The notes under the pieces were generated by a model. It saw only the letters and a list, made by a program, of their open reading frames with translations. It searched no databases and was not told the DNA's origin. Shown in pieces: positions 17,559 through 27,879 of a DNA stretch of 55,956 nt; position 1 is the first letter of the stretch; every line of letters begins with the position of its first letter. This stretch comes from a virus (Duplodnaviria > Caudoviricetes). Both the position numbers and the translations under genes were made by a program. The DNA lies in IMG/VR virus record IMGVR_UViG_3300032303_001999, positions 1 through 55,956 of that record; one strand, written 5' to 3'.

Positions 17559-19154
17559 TTAGACGTTGTCTACGGGCAACACCAAGCCTGCGTAACGAAC
17601 CGCATGGTTCAGTACGAGGTAGTTGGGTTGTTCGCCGTCAACACGGACATAAGGGCTTTGCCCAAAGATGCTCGTGATGTAGGTCTTGCGAATGAACTCG
17701 CCATCGAACGTCTCTTCGGAACGCTCGCCGTCCAAGGATCCGTAACCGCGAACTGCGGCCATAGCTCCCAGAACCATCGTGCGACCAATCGGTACGCCCG
17801 CCGCATTACACTCGATAACCAGATCCCCAACTGCGTGTGAGTTGGTGATCTTGGTGTCAGCAAATGCGTTGGCGTTGAGGGTGACGCCTTCGGTTGCATC
17901 CCATCCAGTCGAGGCCGTGGCCTTTTTGACTGCAAGGGTGTTGCTTGCGCCGACAGAGGCGTCGGAAGGAACCAATGCCTTGGTGATGTTCAGCGTGTTC
18001 CCGTCGTTCCCAGCGACTGCTCCTACGGTTGTATATTTGTACAAGCCGTATTTTCCGCTTGAGAGGATCAGAACGTACCCACCAGTGAACGAAGTCCCGC
18101 TGGCCGTGCCAGTAGGATTCGAGAAGTCAATTGACCCCTCGACGCCACTTGTGAATACCTGATTCCCACCAGTCGGATAGGTGTACCCGCTGAAGAACTT
18201 GAAGTACTTCGGCGCGGTTTTCGCGGCGGCGGTAGCAGATCCACCACCCTTGAGGGTGAGGGAGGTCTTGCTTGCGGCCAAGATATCAGAAGCAGAGACG
18301 ATTGCGACGCCCAAGCTGGCTTTGGCATTGATCGGAGATCCGATCGCACCGAAACCATCGTGGTCGGCAGGGTCAAACTGACGGATAACGTGACCATCGA
18401 GATCAACGTATCCACCAGTGAACTGCTTCGCGCCTTCACCTTCAGCGGCGGCGGCGGCGTTCAAGGCGGCCAGATAGTTCGATTCGCTCTTGAGGGAAAG
18501 CAAGCCTTCGCCTGTGGAAACGATAACGAACTTCTGGATCTTGTTCTTGCCAACTTGGCCAATGGTCGCGGGGCGAGCCCCACGAGTGCGGAGTTGCTGA
18601 CCAGCGGCGATCAAGCCGTTATAGGAGAGGGTATCGGTATGCGTCAGCGCATTGATCGAGGCCCTTCCGTTAGCCTGGTAGTAGTTCTTCGCAGTACCTT
18701 TGTGGAGGAACAGCTTCTGGAGTCGTTCGGTTTTCATCCGTCCGAGCCAGTTGCCGAGCATCACAGGCACATTGCTCTTCAATTCGCTGGCGAGAGCAGT
18801 TTTCTCCTCGAGCCGACGATTGTAAGAGACAGCGTGACGCAAGAAATCCACAGTCAGATTATAAGATCCGACTCGGAAGTCTTCCGTGTTGTCTTGGATT
18901 AAGGTTTCACCCTGCACGCCTTCGCCGTAGAGTTGAGCCATCGTGCGGAACGTGATTTTCGTCCCTGCACCTTTGCTCAAGTCCCGAACGGACATGACTG
19001 GGTAGCTTTCTGTGGGGCCTTCGAATTGCTGGAAGAAATTCTCCGCAGCCTCCGAGAGTTGCACCCCTTTCTTCCAAAGTTCGGGTAGAAAATTGGAAGT
19101 TTGTGACGAGATGTCGCTCGTCGCGTTGTTCGTAGGAATTAAAAGGTTAGCCAT
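17559..19154 (-). CDS. Major capsid protein (N4-gp56/DUF4043-like) with large insertion
   Basis: DLSKGAGTKITF..L.GEGV.G...L.VDFLRHAV motifs; follows scaffold, followed by terminator; AGGAGG SD. Confidence 0.85.
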   Translation of the reverse strand: MANLLIPTNNATSDISSQTSNFLPELWKKGVQLSEAAENFFQQFEGPTESYPVMSVRDLSKGAGTKITFRTMAQLYGEGVQGETLIQDNTEDFRVGSYNLTVDFLRHAVSYNRRLEEKTALASELKSNVPVMLGNWLGRMKTERLQKLFLHKGTAKNYYQANGRASINALTHTDTLSYNGLIAAGQQLRTRGARPATIGQVGKNKIQKFVIVSTGEGLLSLKSESNYLAALNAAAAAEGEGAKQFTGGYVDLDGHVIRQFDPADHDGFGAIGSPINAKASLGVAIVSASDILAASKTSLTLKGGGSATAAAKTAPKYFKFFSGYTYPTGGNQVFTSGVEGSIDFSNPTGTASGTSFTGGYVLILSSGKYGLYKYTTVGAVAGNDGNTLNITKALVPSDASVGASNTLAVKKATASTGWDATEGVTLNANAFADTKITNSHAVGDLVIECNAAGVPIGRTMVLGAMAAVRGYGSLDGERSEETFDGEFIRKTYITSIFGQSPYVRVDGEQPNYLVLNHAVRYAGLVLPVDNV

Positions 19155-19194
19155 TTTAATATCCTCCTATTCTTTTGGGTTTGTAAGCCTCGCC

Positions 19195-20160
19195 CTAAAG
19201 TCGAGCCATCAAGAGCTGATACGCCTCTAGGTCGTCCAGTTTGTCGGCCAAAGCTTTAGCATTGAGCGGGGCTGTTGGAGTTGTGCGGGCGTTACCGCTC
19301 GCGGGTTGAATAGACGGAGCCTTGCGGGCGACACTTGGCGAGGGTGCTTTTGCGCTAGGATTGCGGGGTGCAATCCCAAGCTCATTAGCGGCCATTTGTG
19401 TCAGCTTGAAGGGCATCGAAGGGTCTTTTACGAGGGGATTCCCTGTATCGACCATCGTGTCGAAGATTTCATTCATCTTCTTAACAAGGGCTGAATCAGC
19501 CTTGCCCGCATCGGGATAAAACTCCACGGCACGAGCCTTTGCTTCTTCGATTCCCTTGGCACGTTGCGTCTGCTGAACGGATTCACGTTCGGTAGCCATT
19601 CTTTCAGACTTCCGAAGTTCTTTGTTCAGTTTCAGCATTTCGACTTCAAGCTCGGCAACCTTGTCGAATTCAAGATTCTTAAATGCGGCGGCTTTCGCCT
19701 GGGCCACTTCGTCAATCTTGCCTTCGATGTCGGCGGGAGCAACAAACTGCTCCTCTTGTGCCTTGGGTTCCGCCTCTCCTTTGACCATGGCCATAGCCTG
19801 TTCAAGGGTGAGGTCTGGATTCCTAGCCCGAATTTTGAGAGCTTTGCGTTCAGTCTCAGACCAGCTTCCGATCCGCACCCTTTCGGGGAGTTCAGATTCT
19901 GATTCTTGAGTCTCGTCCTCGGCCTTAGTTTCGGTTGCAACTTCCTCGACCGCAGGGGCTTGTTCAGCCGTAGGCTCTTCCTTGGGAGCCTCTGGAGTCG
20001 GGGCGGGTTCCGCCGATTCTTTTAGACCTTGAACGAGTTCGTGATAAGCACGCTCATCAAGTGTCGCCACACCAGTTTCCGTCCGTGCAGTAACTTGTGG
20101 TTCTGCACCCGTTGTTTGAGGGGTTATCTCGGCTTGCGCCAGAGTATTATTTTCGCTCAT
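19195..20160 (-). CDS. Putative capsid scaffolding protein
   Basis: E/A/P-rich coiled-coil protein immediately upstream of capsid. Confidence 0.7.
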   Translation of the reverse strand: MSENNTLAQAEITPQTTGAEPQVTARTETGVATLDERAYHELVQGLKESAEPAPTPEAPKEEPTAEQAPAVEEVATETKAEDETQESESELPERVRIGSWSETERKALKIRARNPDLTLEQAMAMVKGEAEPKAQEEQFVAPADIEGKIDEVAQAKAAAFKNLEFDKVAELEVEMLKLNKELRKSERMATERESVQQTQRAKGIEEAKARAVEFYPDAGKADSALVKKMNEIFDTMVDTGNPLVKDPSMPFKLTQMAANELGIAPRNPSAKAPSPSVARKAPSIQPASGNARTTPTAPLNAKALADKLDDLEAYQLLMARL

Positions 20161-20209
20161 TACATAAGCCAAAAGATTCAGAGCAAGAACGGAAGAGATT
20201 TGTTAGTGG

Positions 20210-20220
20210 ATGCGACGCAT
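20210..20220. promoter_or_regulatory. Perfect interrupted palindrome ATGCGACGCAT centred between divergent genes
   Basis: 60 bp to minus ATG 20160 and 59 bp to plus ATG 20269 (distal edge to start). Confidence 0.8.
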
Positions 20221-20268
20221 AGTGATAGAGGTGATTGCTGGATAGGATCCTTGGCGGATTAGTTGAGC

Positions 20269-20811
20269 ATGAGCAACATGAAGTCACTTGGCCCGCTAGG
20301 TGTTAGTCCAGCTTCTGGGTACGGCCATGTTGTCGGGACATCCTCGAGGTTTTACGGCGAAGGGATGCTGAATCCCAAGTTCTATGCTTGGCACGCCTTT
20401 TTCCAGATTAGGGTCGGCGCGGTTTCGAGTGCGGGAATCCAAAACTACTACGTAGGTCCAAAGCTTGGATTTATATATGGCACAACATGCGCTGTGGAAG
20501 GCCTCGATGAGAAACAGGAAACAAAAGGAGCCATTACTTACGTCTATATTGATGGCGTTGTTACCGATGCAGCTATAACTAGCGCAAAGATAGAGGGTTA
20601 TGAAAGGGTACAACCGCTTTTTGAGCCAGAGGAGGAGTTAGCAAAACAGACTAAGGTAAGGCATTTCCTTGGAATGATTAAAAAAACGAAACCGTTCTTT
20701 AAGTTTGGCCACAATCTTGTTTATCCGATTGTTCAAAGCTCATTTTCAGTGCCAATAGCTATCCCTGCATGTGTTAATGGGTATCGTGGAGTGCTTATTA
20801 CAACAGCATGA
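20269..20811 (+). CDS. Hypothetical (probably structural) protein
   Basis: Beta-rich ORF; first gene of plus-strand module. Confidence 0.65.
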   Translation: MSNMKSLGPLGVSPASGYGHVVGTSSRFYGEGMLNPKFYAWHAFFQIRVGAVSSAGIQNYYVGPKLGFIYGTTCAVEGLDEKQETKGAITYVYIDGVVTDAAITSAKIEGYERVQPLFEPEEELAKQTKVRHFLGMIKKTKPFFKFGHNLVYPIVQSSFSVPIAIPACVNGYRGVLITTA

Positions 20812-23450
20812 AAGGTCGAACAACGTCCTACCAGAGGTTTGGATCTGCCTTAGGAACTACTGGTTCGGTTGTAAATAAATTCATTAGATCCCTAGGTGGT
20901 CCTAAAGGAAGAGACTCAGAAGGTGCTGGTAAGAGTCAAATAGACTCGTCCGAAGGCAAGGGGATATACAACCAAACAATCAAAAGCGAAGAATTGGTGT
21001 TTGATTTTAAGAAGGAGTTTGATTTAGGAGAAGCGGTTTATGGGTGCATATCGGCTTCATTCGGAGAAGGTTCTGGCATGGAAATAGACTCAAATGCGGC
21101 AATTAAAGGAAGAAAAACAAAAAGAAATGATTCCCCGCATTTCAAAGTCATGAAGAGGGAGTGGTATCATGATGTCGAAAAAAAGTCATTTCAAGAATGC
21201 GCTGCAATTCCGCAAGAAAACCTGCCATTGACAGTAAATTCCAAGTTTGAGATGAACTTTTGGGATCAAGATTCCGATGAGCTGACTCAAATTCCAAAAG
21301 GGATTGGGTTTACTTCTGGGGCTTTAATAAGGCCAGTTTCATTTAGTGATAATGCTATGCCTATTAAAGATGGATTTGGTGCATTTATTCCTCTCTCCTC
21401 TTTTTGTAGGGCACATATTTTAAAGGGAGTTCCGCTAGAAACAGCACACGGAATCATAAATCGTTGCAAGGAAATATCTCTTATTGGATCCGCAAGTTAC
21501 TCAATTAGTCGAGCTAACAAAAGATGTGGTGATGGGCCAACTACTAGCACTAAAGAATGGGAGGGCGAATCTGTCCATGGTTGTCCACCAGGAGATTGTA
21601 GGAATGAAGGCGGAAAACTAATCAACAGCTGCTTGTCTGGCAGTTTAAATACCACAATAGAGCTCAATGGTGATATCAAGATGACGGCATATAGGCATAA
21701 ACAAGTAGCAGACATTTGGGAGAAAGATAAACAGAAACAGAAAACTCTTGATATATCTGGAAATGTGTTTATTGGAACACTTGAGGATGCAGCTCTAACA
21801 AAAAAATCTGTTTCGCTTTGCGAAGCAGAGAACGACGACGACTCCGCTATACCAACGCCAAAATTGCCACCTCCAACACTTAAGCAACTCATAAAACTCG
21901 AGAAGCAGAAAATGTTAAGTTCTGGTTGTCTGGTTTACCCAGCCACAAACAACAGCATAATCATAGCCAAAGAAGACACCAACCTTAAAACAGAAGATCT
22001 TGATCTTCAATACTGCAAGCCAGGCACCGCAAAGACTGTCAATATCTTAATGGGTTCTCCGCAAATTAATCAATTATATCTCAGCTCGTATGGAGGTGGC
22101 ATTAATATTGATATTGATGCACCTCTTGTTTATCCAGGTGGCGCGGCATTTCGAATTGGCAAAACGGAAAATGAGTCAGTAAGGCCTTTTTATGTATCTG
22201 GCCCTAGTCTTCAATGTTATTTCGCTGGTATTGGATGGGACTACAGCGAAATAGGAAAAAAAGATCCAGAAGCTTTGTATAACGAACCAAAATGTACGGA
22301 AACGGAAAATAATTTCTATGATTGGAAGATGACATGGAGAAGCACTAACCTAAAAAAAACGGTTACTGGACTTTGTCCGCAGGGGTTCGAGGATGTTGGC
22401 GTTTACGATGCAAAGCCAAATTCGTGCGAATGTGATGACGACTGCAAAGATTGCGCGGTAGAATATGGGAAACTCCGCATGAGTTGCGAGTGTCAGCCAA
22501 TTTGTAAGCCTGACCCTGATGCTAAACTCAACCCATGCGCAGATGGTCACAAAAACAAAATAAAAACAGACGAAGGCTATGCTTGCGACGGAGTATACAG
22601 CATAGGGTTCTCAGTAGGCAAATATGTTGGCGTGCAACGCGAAGATGCAGCTGAACAACAAATCTATAATGTTGCGCCAGTTCCGCTGAGGACTTCTTCA
22701 AGGTACGACAAAACAGAGGATCTTGTTTTATGGTGGAGCGCATATGTAAGCGAAAGACTGCCCTACGAATTCTACAAGCAAACATCTAGTGATCTTGAAC
22801 TAAGGCTTTATGCAAATAAAGAATCTGCAGATTATGATATGAAAGCGTTCAAAGAAAATAGTTTTTATAGATATGAACTTATAAAAGCTGGTTCGCTAAA
22901 ACTTTTGTGCGATGAATGGTCTACTTCTACGGATATTTGGGTAATCCATCAGATACGTAAAGAAACTTCATGTTCGCCATCTCCAGCTGGAGCTGCGCGT
23001 AATTATGAAACGAGAACAAAAATTGGAGTTCCTTATTCAGAATGCAACGATTGTGGCGGCCCTCCTATTGATTTTTGCTGTTCTGAAAATGGTTGCGGTG
23101 GAGGCTTGGAAAAAGAATGCTGTGAGGAAGATCTGTGCGGTAAGTCGACAAACCCATGCGAATGGGCGGCTGAAATCAGTGGAGGGAAGGGGGCGTGCTA
23201 TCCCAACACGTTTTATGATTGCGGCGGGGATTGTGTCGAAGATCCAGGCGATTGTGGATGCTGTGGTTGTAATGACGGCAATGATGACTGCGAACCATGC
23301 AAAGCATATAAAGCATGCAAACCCTACCGTCTAATTTCGGATTTTGAGCCGCTGTCATGTTATGGTGATGCTTACAAGGAAGATAGGCATCAGACCTCAG
23401 TAAATCTTACAATTGAATTTATTTTATTTGAGGACGATGAAAAGGAGTAA
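20808..23450 (+). CDS. Large Cys-rich hypothetical protein
   Basis: 880 aa; dense CxxC/CC clusters, especially C-terminal. Confidence 0.8.
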   Translation: MKGRTTSYQRFGSALGTTGSVVNKFIRSLGGPKGRDSEGAGKSQIDSSEGKGIYNQTIKSEELVFDFKKEFDLGEAVYGCISASFGEGSGMEIDSNAAIKGRKTKRNDSPHFKVMKREWYHDVEKKSFQECAAIPQENLPLTVNSKFEMNFWDQDSDELTQIPKGIGFTSGALIRPVSFSDNAMPIKDGFGAFIPLSSFCRAHILKGVPLETAHGIINRCKEISLIGSASYSISRANKRCGDGPTTSTKEWEGESVHGCPPGDCRNEGGKLINSCLSGSLNTTIELNGDIKMTAYRHKQVADIWEKDKQKQKTLDISGNVFIGTLEDAALTKKSVSLCEAENDDDSAIPTPKLPPPTLKQLIKLEKQKMLSSGCLVYPATNNSIIIAKEDTNLKTEDLDLQYCKPGTAKTVNILMGSPQINQLYLSSYGGGINIDIDAPLVYPGGAAFRIGKTENESVRPFYVSGPSLQCYFAGIGWDYSEIGKKDPEALYNEPKCTETENNFYDWKMTWRSTNLKKTVTGLCPQGFEDVGVYDAKPNSCECDDDCKDCAVEYGKLRMSCECQPICKPDPDAKLNPCADGHKNKIKTDEGYACDGVYSIGFSVGKYVGVQREDAAEQQIYNVAPVPLRTSSRYDKTEDLVLWWSAYVSERLPYEFYKQTSSDLELRLYANKESADYDMKAFKENSFYRYELIKAGSLKLLCDEWSTSTDIWVIHQIRKETSCSPSPAGAARNYETRTKIGVPYSECNDCGGPPIDFCCSENGCGGGLEKECCEEDLCGKSTNPCEWAAEISGGKGACYPNTFYDCGGDCVEDPGDCGCCGCNDGNDDCEPCKAYKACKPYRLISDFEPLSCYGDAYKEDRHQTSVNLTIEFILFEDDEKE

Positions 23451-23452
23451 TA

Positions 23453-24063
23453 TGAATAAAGCAGAATTAACATGGACGGAATCTGGGATAGTTATGACCC
23501 AAGGCTTAATGTGTCTTGAAATAGACAGGCGATTATTCAAAATAGACACAAAATCTCCAGATCAACTGATGCAAGAGCTTTCTCAGACAAGGACTCTTCA
23601 ATACGAAAACTCCAGCCGATCCGTCTATCTGTTTATTGCGCCTATGGCAGAGGATGTTGAGCACTTAAGGCCTTTTGTTAGAAGAGGAATGATCGGGAGG
23701 TGTTACGAGCCAAATGCCTTAACCTATCAGAACATCACTCAAGACTGGGTGTGTGCTGTTGATGGGGACGTTCTTGTATCGCCTCGCCCTGTTTTGGAAC
23801 TGTTCTTCAAAACTCCGTCAATCATTCAGCAAGCAATGTCTCTTGGTTCTGCAATTAAAAAAGCCACTGCAGACGGAACGCTGGCTACAAGGGTAAGACC
23901 AGAAACATTTTCTTTGCGAAAAGAGATCTGCGTGGGCTGCGAGTATTATGATCCTTCGGCCTTTCTTGGTACTGGAAGGTGCAGAGTTTGTGGGTGCGGA
24001 GTTGGCAAGTTGCACATGCCTTCACAGAGCTGCCCCAAGGGTAAGTGGGGTAAGGAAGAATGA
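23453..24063 (+). CDS. Hypothetical protein with C-terminal Cys metal-binding domain
   Basis: AGGAG SD; R..IC..CE...GRC..CGC...K....SCPKGKW. Confidence 0.75.
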
Positions 24064-25448
24064 TCGTTGTAATTCAAATATGGGATGGCGATAAAGAGCT
24101 GTCTCTATCAACGGCCAAGAAGGTCAAGGAATGCTACCCAAATTGCCATCTTGGCATATTGGCAAATAACTGCGTACACCCAAGGGGACTTGAGGACTAC
24201 GCAGACCTAATCCACACGACAGCCGATGATGTTTATCATGATCGTAGCGGTGGTCTAGCCATCCACGAACTGCTTGTGCTTGGGCTTCGCATGTCTGGCA
24301 AAGTCATCATTAAGATTGATCCAAATACAGTTATATCACAACAGGATGGTCTTGAAGAAGATTTAGCTAAAAAAACAGGCGTCATAGGCCAAATAGATAT
24401 GATTAGGCATGGCGAGTTTGTTGTTAAATCGAGCGTTTTTGCGTTATCGAGAAATATTGCAAGAGAGATCGTGGATTCGTGCATTCTTTTGGATTCCGCA
24501 CTTCAAGATAAATCGTCTTGTAGCCAGTCTAGCCAGTCTAGGCTTCGCAGGTATTTTGCCTTGAAGGATGGGCTGTCGTCACATGACTGGCCGATTGCCT
24601 ACGCATCATCAGTCTTGGGGATACCCCATAACTTCTCTGAAAAGCTTTTGAATGCTTTTTATCACAAACCTAGAAAGCAAGTTTCGAGCATGATGTTTAA
24701 GAAAACCGCTAAAGAGAAGGCAAGCGGTATTGTAGTTCCTCCAAGCGCAACCGATCTTCGATCCGAGATTCTTGGTGAGTCGCCAGAACATATTGGGCTA
24801 AATAAAGCCGTGGAGTTCATTTCGATGATCTGGGGGAGCGAGGGGGTCTCGATATCCATGAAGAGTGACCCAGATGGGCGTATGTATATTGGAGATACGA
24901 TTGATTCTGATGGGGTTCTTCATCATTCAGCACCTAAGTTTGATGACATTTCCAAAGCCAAGAAGGTGCTAAAGGATGGGATATTTTCTTTTAAGATTAT
25001 GAATGCAAAACCAGATAATGGAGCTGGGGTTTCAATGCTTGTTTTGGACGTTGACCGCCCAGTCCCAGACGACTGCAAAGCCTCCGTGGTCTCAACCTCG
25101 CATACTCATTCCCAGATCTTCATGCTGATGGATCAAAACATCACACAAAAACAAGCCCTAGAGCTTATCAAAGAAGCCGACTTTGCCGACAAGAGCGGAA
25201 GCAAGGCCACAACCTTACTGGTGGGAGTCCGAGTACCAGGATCTGCGTCTTATGAGGAGGTTTGCCTACACAATACAACTGAGGACAAATGCACCGCCCA
25301 TAAAGTATTGGCCGATGAAAAGGTTCGGCTGGTTAAGTTCGTGGATAAATTCTTTACTTACGACGAGGCTCTGGCCGTGATTCGTGACCTTGCAAAATCC
25401 TATAAAGTGCCGCCTCCTGCGAGGGAACCAGAGCCAGCACTTCCTTAA
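24060..25448 (+). CDS. Glycosyltransferase-like N-terminus fused to RepB-primase-like C-terminus
   Basis: IIKIDPN (degenerate DxD) and HDW in the N-half; LVLDVD, VSTS..HSQ, VRVPGS in the C-half. Confidence 0.45.
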   Translation: MIVVIQIWDGDKELSLSTAKKVKECYPNCHLGILANNCVHPRGLEDYADLIHTTADDVYHDRSGGLAIHELLVLGLRMSGKVIIKIDPNTVISQQDGLEEDLAKKTGVIGQIDMIRHGEFVVKSSVFALSRNIAREIVDSCILLDSALQDKSSCSQSSQSRLRRYFALKDGLSSHDWPIAYASSVLGIPHNFSEKLLNAFYHKPRKQVSSMMFKKTAKEKASGIVVPPSATDLRSEILGESPEHIGLNKAVEFISMIWGSEGVSISMKSDPDGRMYIGDTIDSDGVLHHSAPKFDDISKAKKVLKDGIFSFKIMNAKPDNGAGVSMLVLDVDRPVPDDCKASVVSTSHTHSQIFMLMDQNITQKQALELIKEADFADKSGSKATTLLVGVRVPGSASYEEVCLHNTTEDKCTAHKVLADEKVRLVKFVDKFFTYDEALAVIRDLAKSYKVPPPAREPEPALP

Positions 25449-25623
25449 CTGCCATATAGGCCGAATGCCTGTTTTGACGTTCTTCGGGGGTAATTCCAGC
25501 CTCTAAAACTGCCTCTTTAAGGCCTTCTAAATGCCTTGAAAGGGCAGGGAGATACCACTCGTTATACCCAGAATTGTCTTTTAACCGCTCTATGAGTGCC
25601 AGTTGGCTGGCGGGATCGCTCAT
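25354..25623 (-). CDS. Portal-adjacent hypothetical protein
   Basis: ATGA overlap with portal stop. Confidence 0.6.
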   Translation of the reverse strand: MSDPASQLALIERLKDNSGYNEWYLPALSRHLEGLKEAVLEAGITPEERQNRHSAYMAVKEVLALVPSQEAALYRILQGHESRPEPRRK

Positions 25624-27845
25624 GCGGGTGTCGGATTACCGCCAGCTAGGCCAGCGTCAACAGGGACACTTTTCGTTCCGCCAACGCTAGGAGCGGGTGA
25701 GCCAGGGGATCCAGCTTGGCCAAATACTCGTCCGTCTGGAGTGATCCCATTCTGGGTGGGAGGCGGGGCAAAAGGCTGAATGATGGCCTCTGCATCCACA
25801 ATCCCGAGGGCTTTGAGGCTCTGGTTGTAGAACAAGGCGACTTTCTGCTGAACCTCTGGAGGAAGGCCGTAGAATTGGGTTACAAGGCCAGCGGCCTGTG
25901 CGTTGCTTTGTAATTGCTGTTCCCCATGATAGCGGGTCAATAGGAGCCGAATATTGATGTTTATATCGGTTATTTCCTCTGGGGTGATCGTCACAAGTTG
26001 GAGTGCATCGCCTTCCAAATAGTTGAACATTTCCTTTTTGTTCATGTTGTCCAACAGGATCAAGACCAGCCGATTGACCACTTGGGACAGGGCTGGCTCT
26101 AAGGACATTAGGTACTGCGAGAACATTTCGTTGCCCGCTTGGTCGATGCTTCGGATGCCAGTAGCCAGCTTGCTTGAGGGCAAGCCAGAGAACTCTTGGT
26201 CGCCTCCGTTCATCACCCCTGACTCGAGTTGGACGAGCTGGGTAAAGTATTGAAGCATGAAATTGAGATCCTTTTCCTTTGACTCTGGTAGAGCCACATA
26301 GGTCAAGGCGTCGGCGGCCGCAAAACCTGGGCGAAGCGTATAAGTGCCTCCCGAATTGAGGATTAAATTGGGATTTGCTGACCCTTCAAAGGTCGCATCT
26401 GGACGCCAGAAAGTGACTCGCCCGCTTGAGCTTTGGCTGAAATTAAGGCGGTTAATGGTCAGATCCATGAAGTCCTGAGAGGTCTTGAACTGCTCCACTC
26501 CGCCCATTCCGTACCAGCGTCCGTCCACAGGGTTCACTCGTACTACGGTGAATGGCCTACGACCATCGGAGGTCACATTGGCCACATACTCGTAGAAGAT
26601 TGCCCGCTGATTGCGAACATCCAGAAGAAGCATGATTTCCTCGGTGATTCCGTCTCCGTTTGCATCGTACCGCAGATAGCATTCTGCAATTTCCATCGTT
26701 GGATTGTTGAAGGTGTTGTTTGGCTCATAGGCTTCGCCACGCTCCGTTCTGGCCTGTTTAGCACCAGTCTTTGGGATGCCAGACTCGCTGGCAGAAAGGC
26801 GGATCTGGTCAATCGCCGCTTGGATTCGGAGCATCTCCTCTTCGGGAGTCTCTTCGCTTTTCGACCCTTTCTTGTTGTAAAGGTCGGCCAACTCCATAAT
26901 AGGAGCGTCATAAAGGTGAGCCACGAAGTCGGCATCATCCACAGAGGTTGCATTGAGTGGGCAGATAAAGTCTTGGTAGTAGACAGGCTCGGCAGTCGGC
27001 CCTTCGGAGATAATTGCCCTTCGTGTAATTGTCTGCTCAATAAACACAGGAACAGGGGGCTGAATTGTGGCCATATCCCGCCTCAAAAGCATAATAGGTT
27101 CACCAATCTCGTTCTGGGCTGGGACAAAGCTGTCCTTATCGGTAATGAAATCTCCGTCCGTTGCGAGGATTGGCTGGCCGTTTAGATCCACCAGAACCTT
27201 TGCATTCCTCTGATAGACTTGCTCTTTTTTAACGTGGGTCGTCTTGACCACGCATTCGCCACGGACAAACGCCAATTGCAAAGCCATTGCCAAGGCATCT
27301 TTCACTCCAAGCCTGTTAAACTTGTAGCGGGAGTACCGCTCTACCTTTTCTGCGATGTCCCTGTCGGCCGCTCCTTCGGGCAGGGCGGAGAACCAAGGAT
27401 CTGTGCCAAGGAAGTATTTTTGAGCTTTGGCGATCATTTGCCGAACGATACGGCGGGTGACAGGCACGATTAGGTTGCTCTGCTCAAAGATCCCGCCCAT
27501 GACCGCTGGACGCCAGGACACATTGTTTTCGTAGATCCACTCAAAGATCTGACGGCGACCAAGGAATGTCTCGAAGGCCATCAACGAGGTCGGGTTGGTG
27601 TTGTAAGCAGTATTACGGACGATACTTCGCCCCATCTCCACCTCGAGCTTGCGGAGGCGCTCCCATGCGTGGCGAACTAACTCCTTTTCTTGTTCTTCGG
27701 TCAACTTATAGGCTGTTGGGAAGGCAACCGCAGTAGGGGTTCCGCCACCCAAAGCCCGAGCGTTCGGTCCGCTTCGGGCAGAATCAAGAGCTTTCTCGAG
27801 CTCTTCGGCCTTTTTTACGAGGTTATCTACTTGATTCTCAGCCAT
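25620..27845 (-). CDS. Portal protein
   Basis: About 740 aa; IAECY..YD.NGDGI.E, RPF...NP...RWYG.G, LATGI motifs of P22/N4-like portals. Confidence 0.85.
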   Translation of the reverse strand: MAENQVDNLVKKAEELEKALDSARSGPNARALGGGTPTAVAFPTAYKLTEEQEKELVRHAWERLRKLEVEMGRSIVRNTAYNTNPTSLMAFETFLGRRQIFEWIYENNVSWRPAVMGGIFEQSNLIVPVTRRIVRQMIAKAQKYFLGTDPWFSALPEGAADRDIAEKVERYSRYKFNRLGVKDALAMALQLAFVRGECVVKTTHVKKEQVYQRNAKVLVDLNGQPILATDGDFITDKDSFVPAQNEIGEPIMLLRRDMATIQPPVPVFIEQTITRRAIISEGPTAEPVYYQDFICPLNATSVDDADFVAHLYDAPIMELADLYNKKGSKSEETPEEEMLRIQAAIDQIRLSASESGIPKTGAKQARTERGEAYEPNNTFNNPTMEIAECYLRYDANGDGITEEIMLLLDVRNQRAIFYEYVANVTSDGRRPFTVVRVNPVDGRWYGMGGVEQFKTSQDFMDLTINRLNFSQSSSGRVTFWRPDATFEGSANPNLILNSGGTYTLRPGFAAADALTYVALPESKEKDLNFMLQYFTQLVQLESGVMNGGDQEFSGLPSSKLATGIRSIDQAGNEMFSQYLMSLEPALSQVVNRLVLILLDNMNKKEMFNYLEGDALQLVTITPEEITDININIRLLLTRYHGEQQLQSNAQAAGLVTQFYGLPPEVQQKVALFYNQSLKALGIVDAEAIIQPFAPPPTQNGITPDGRVFGQAGSPGSPAPSVGGTKSVPVDAGLAGGNPTPA

Positions 27846-27879
27846 ATTCGATTTCAACCATCAATGGCGAGGCGTGCGA

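Noticed and set aside
20221-25460. Resolvase-driven invertible cassette
   Set aside because: No flanking inverted repeats seen. The module overlaps the convergent gene by 95 nt and shares a symmetric regulatory site, which suggests a fixed arrangement.
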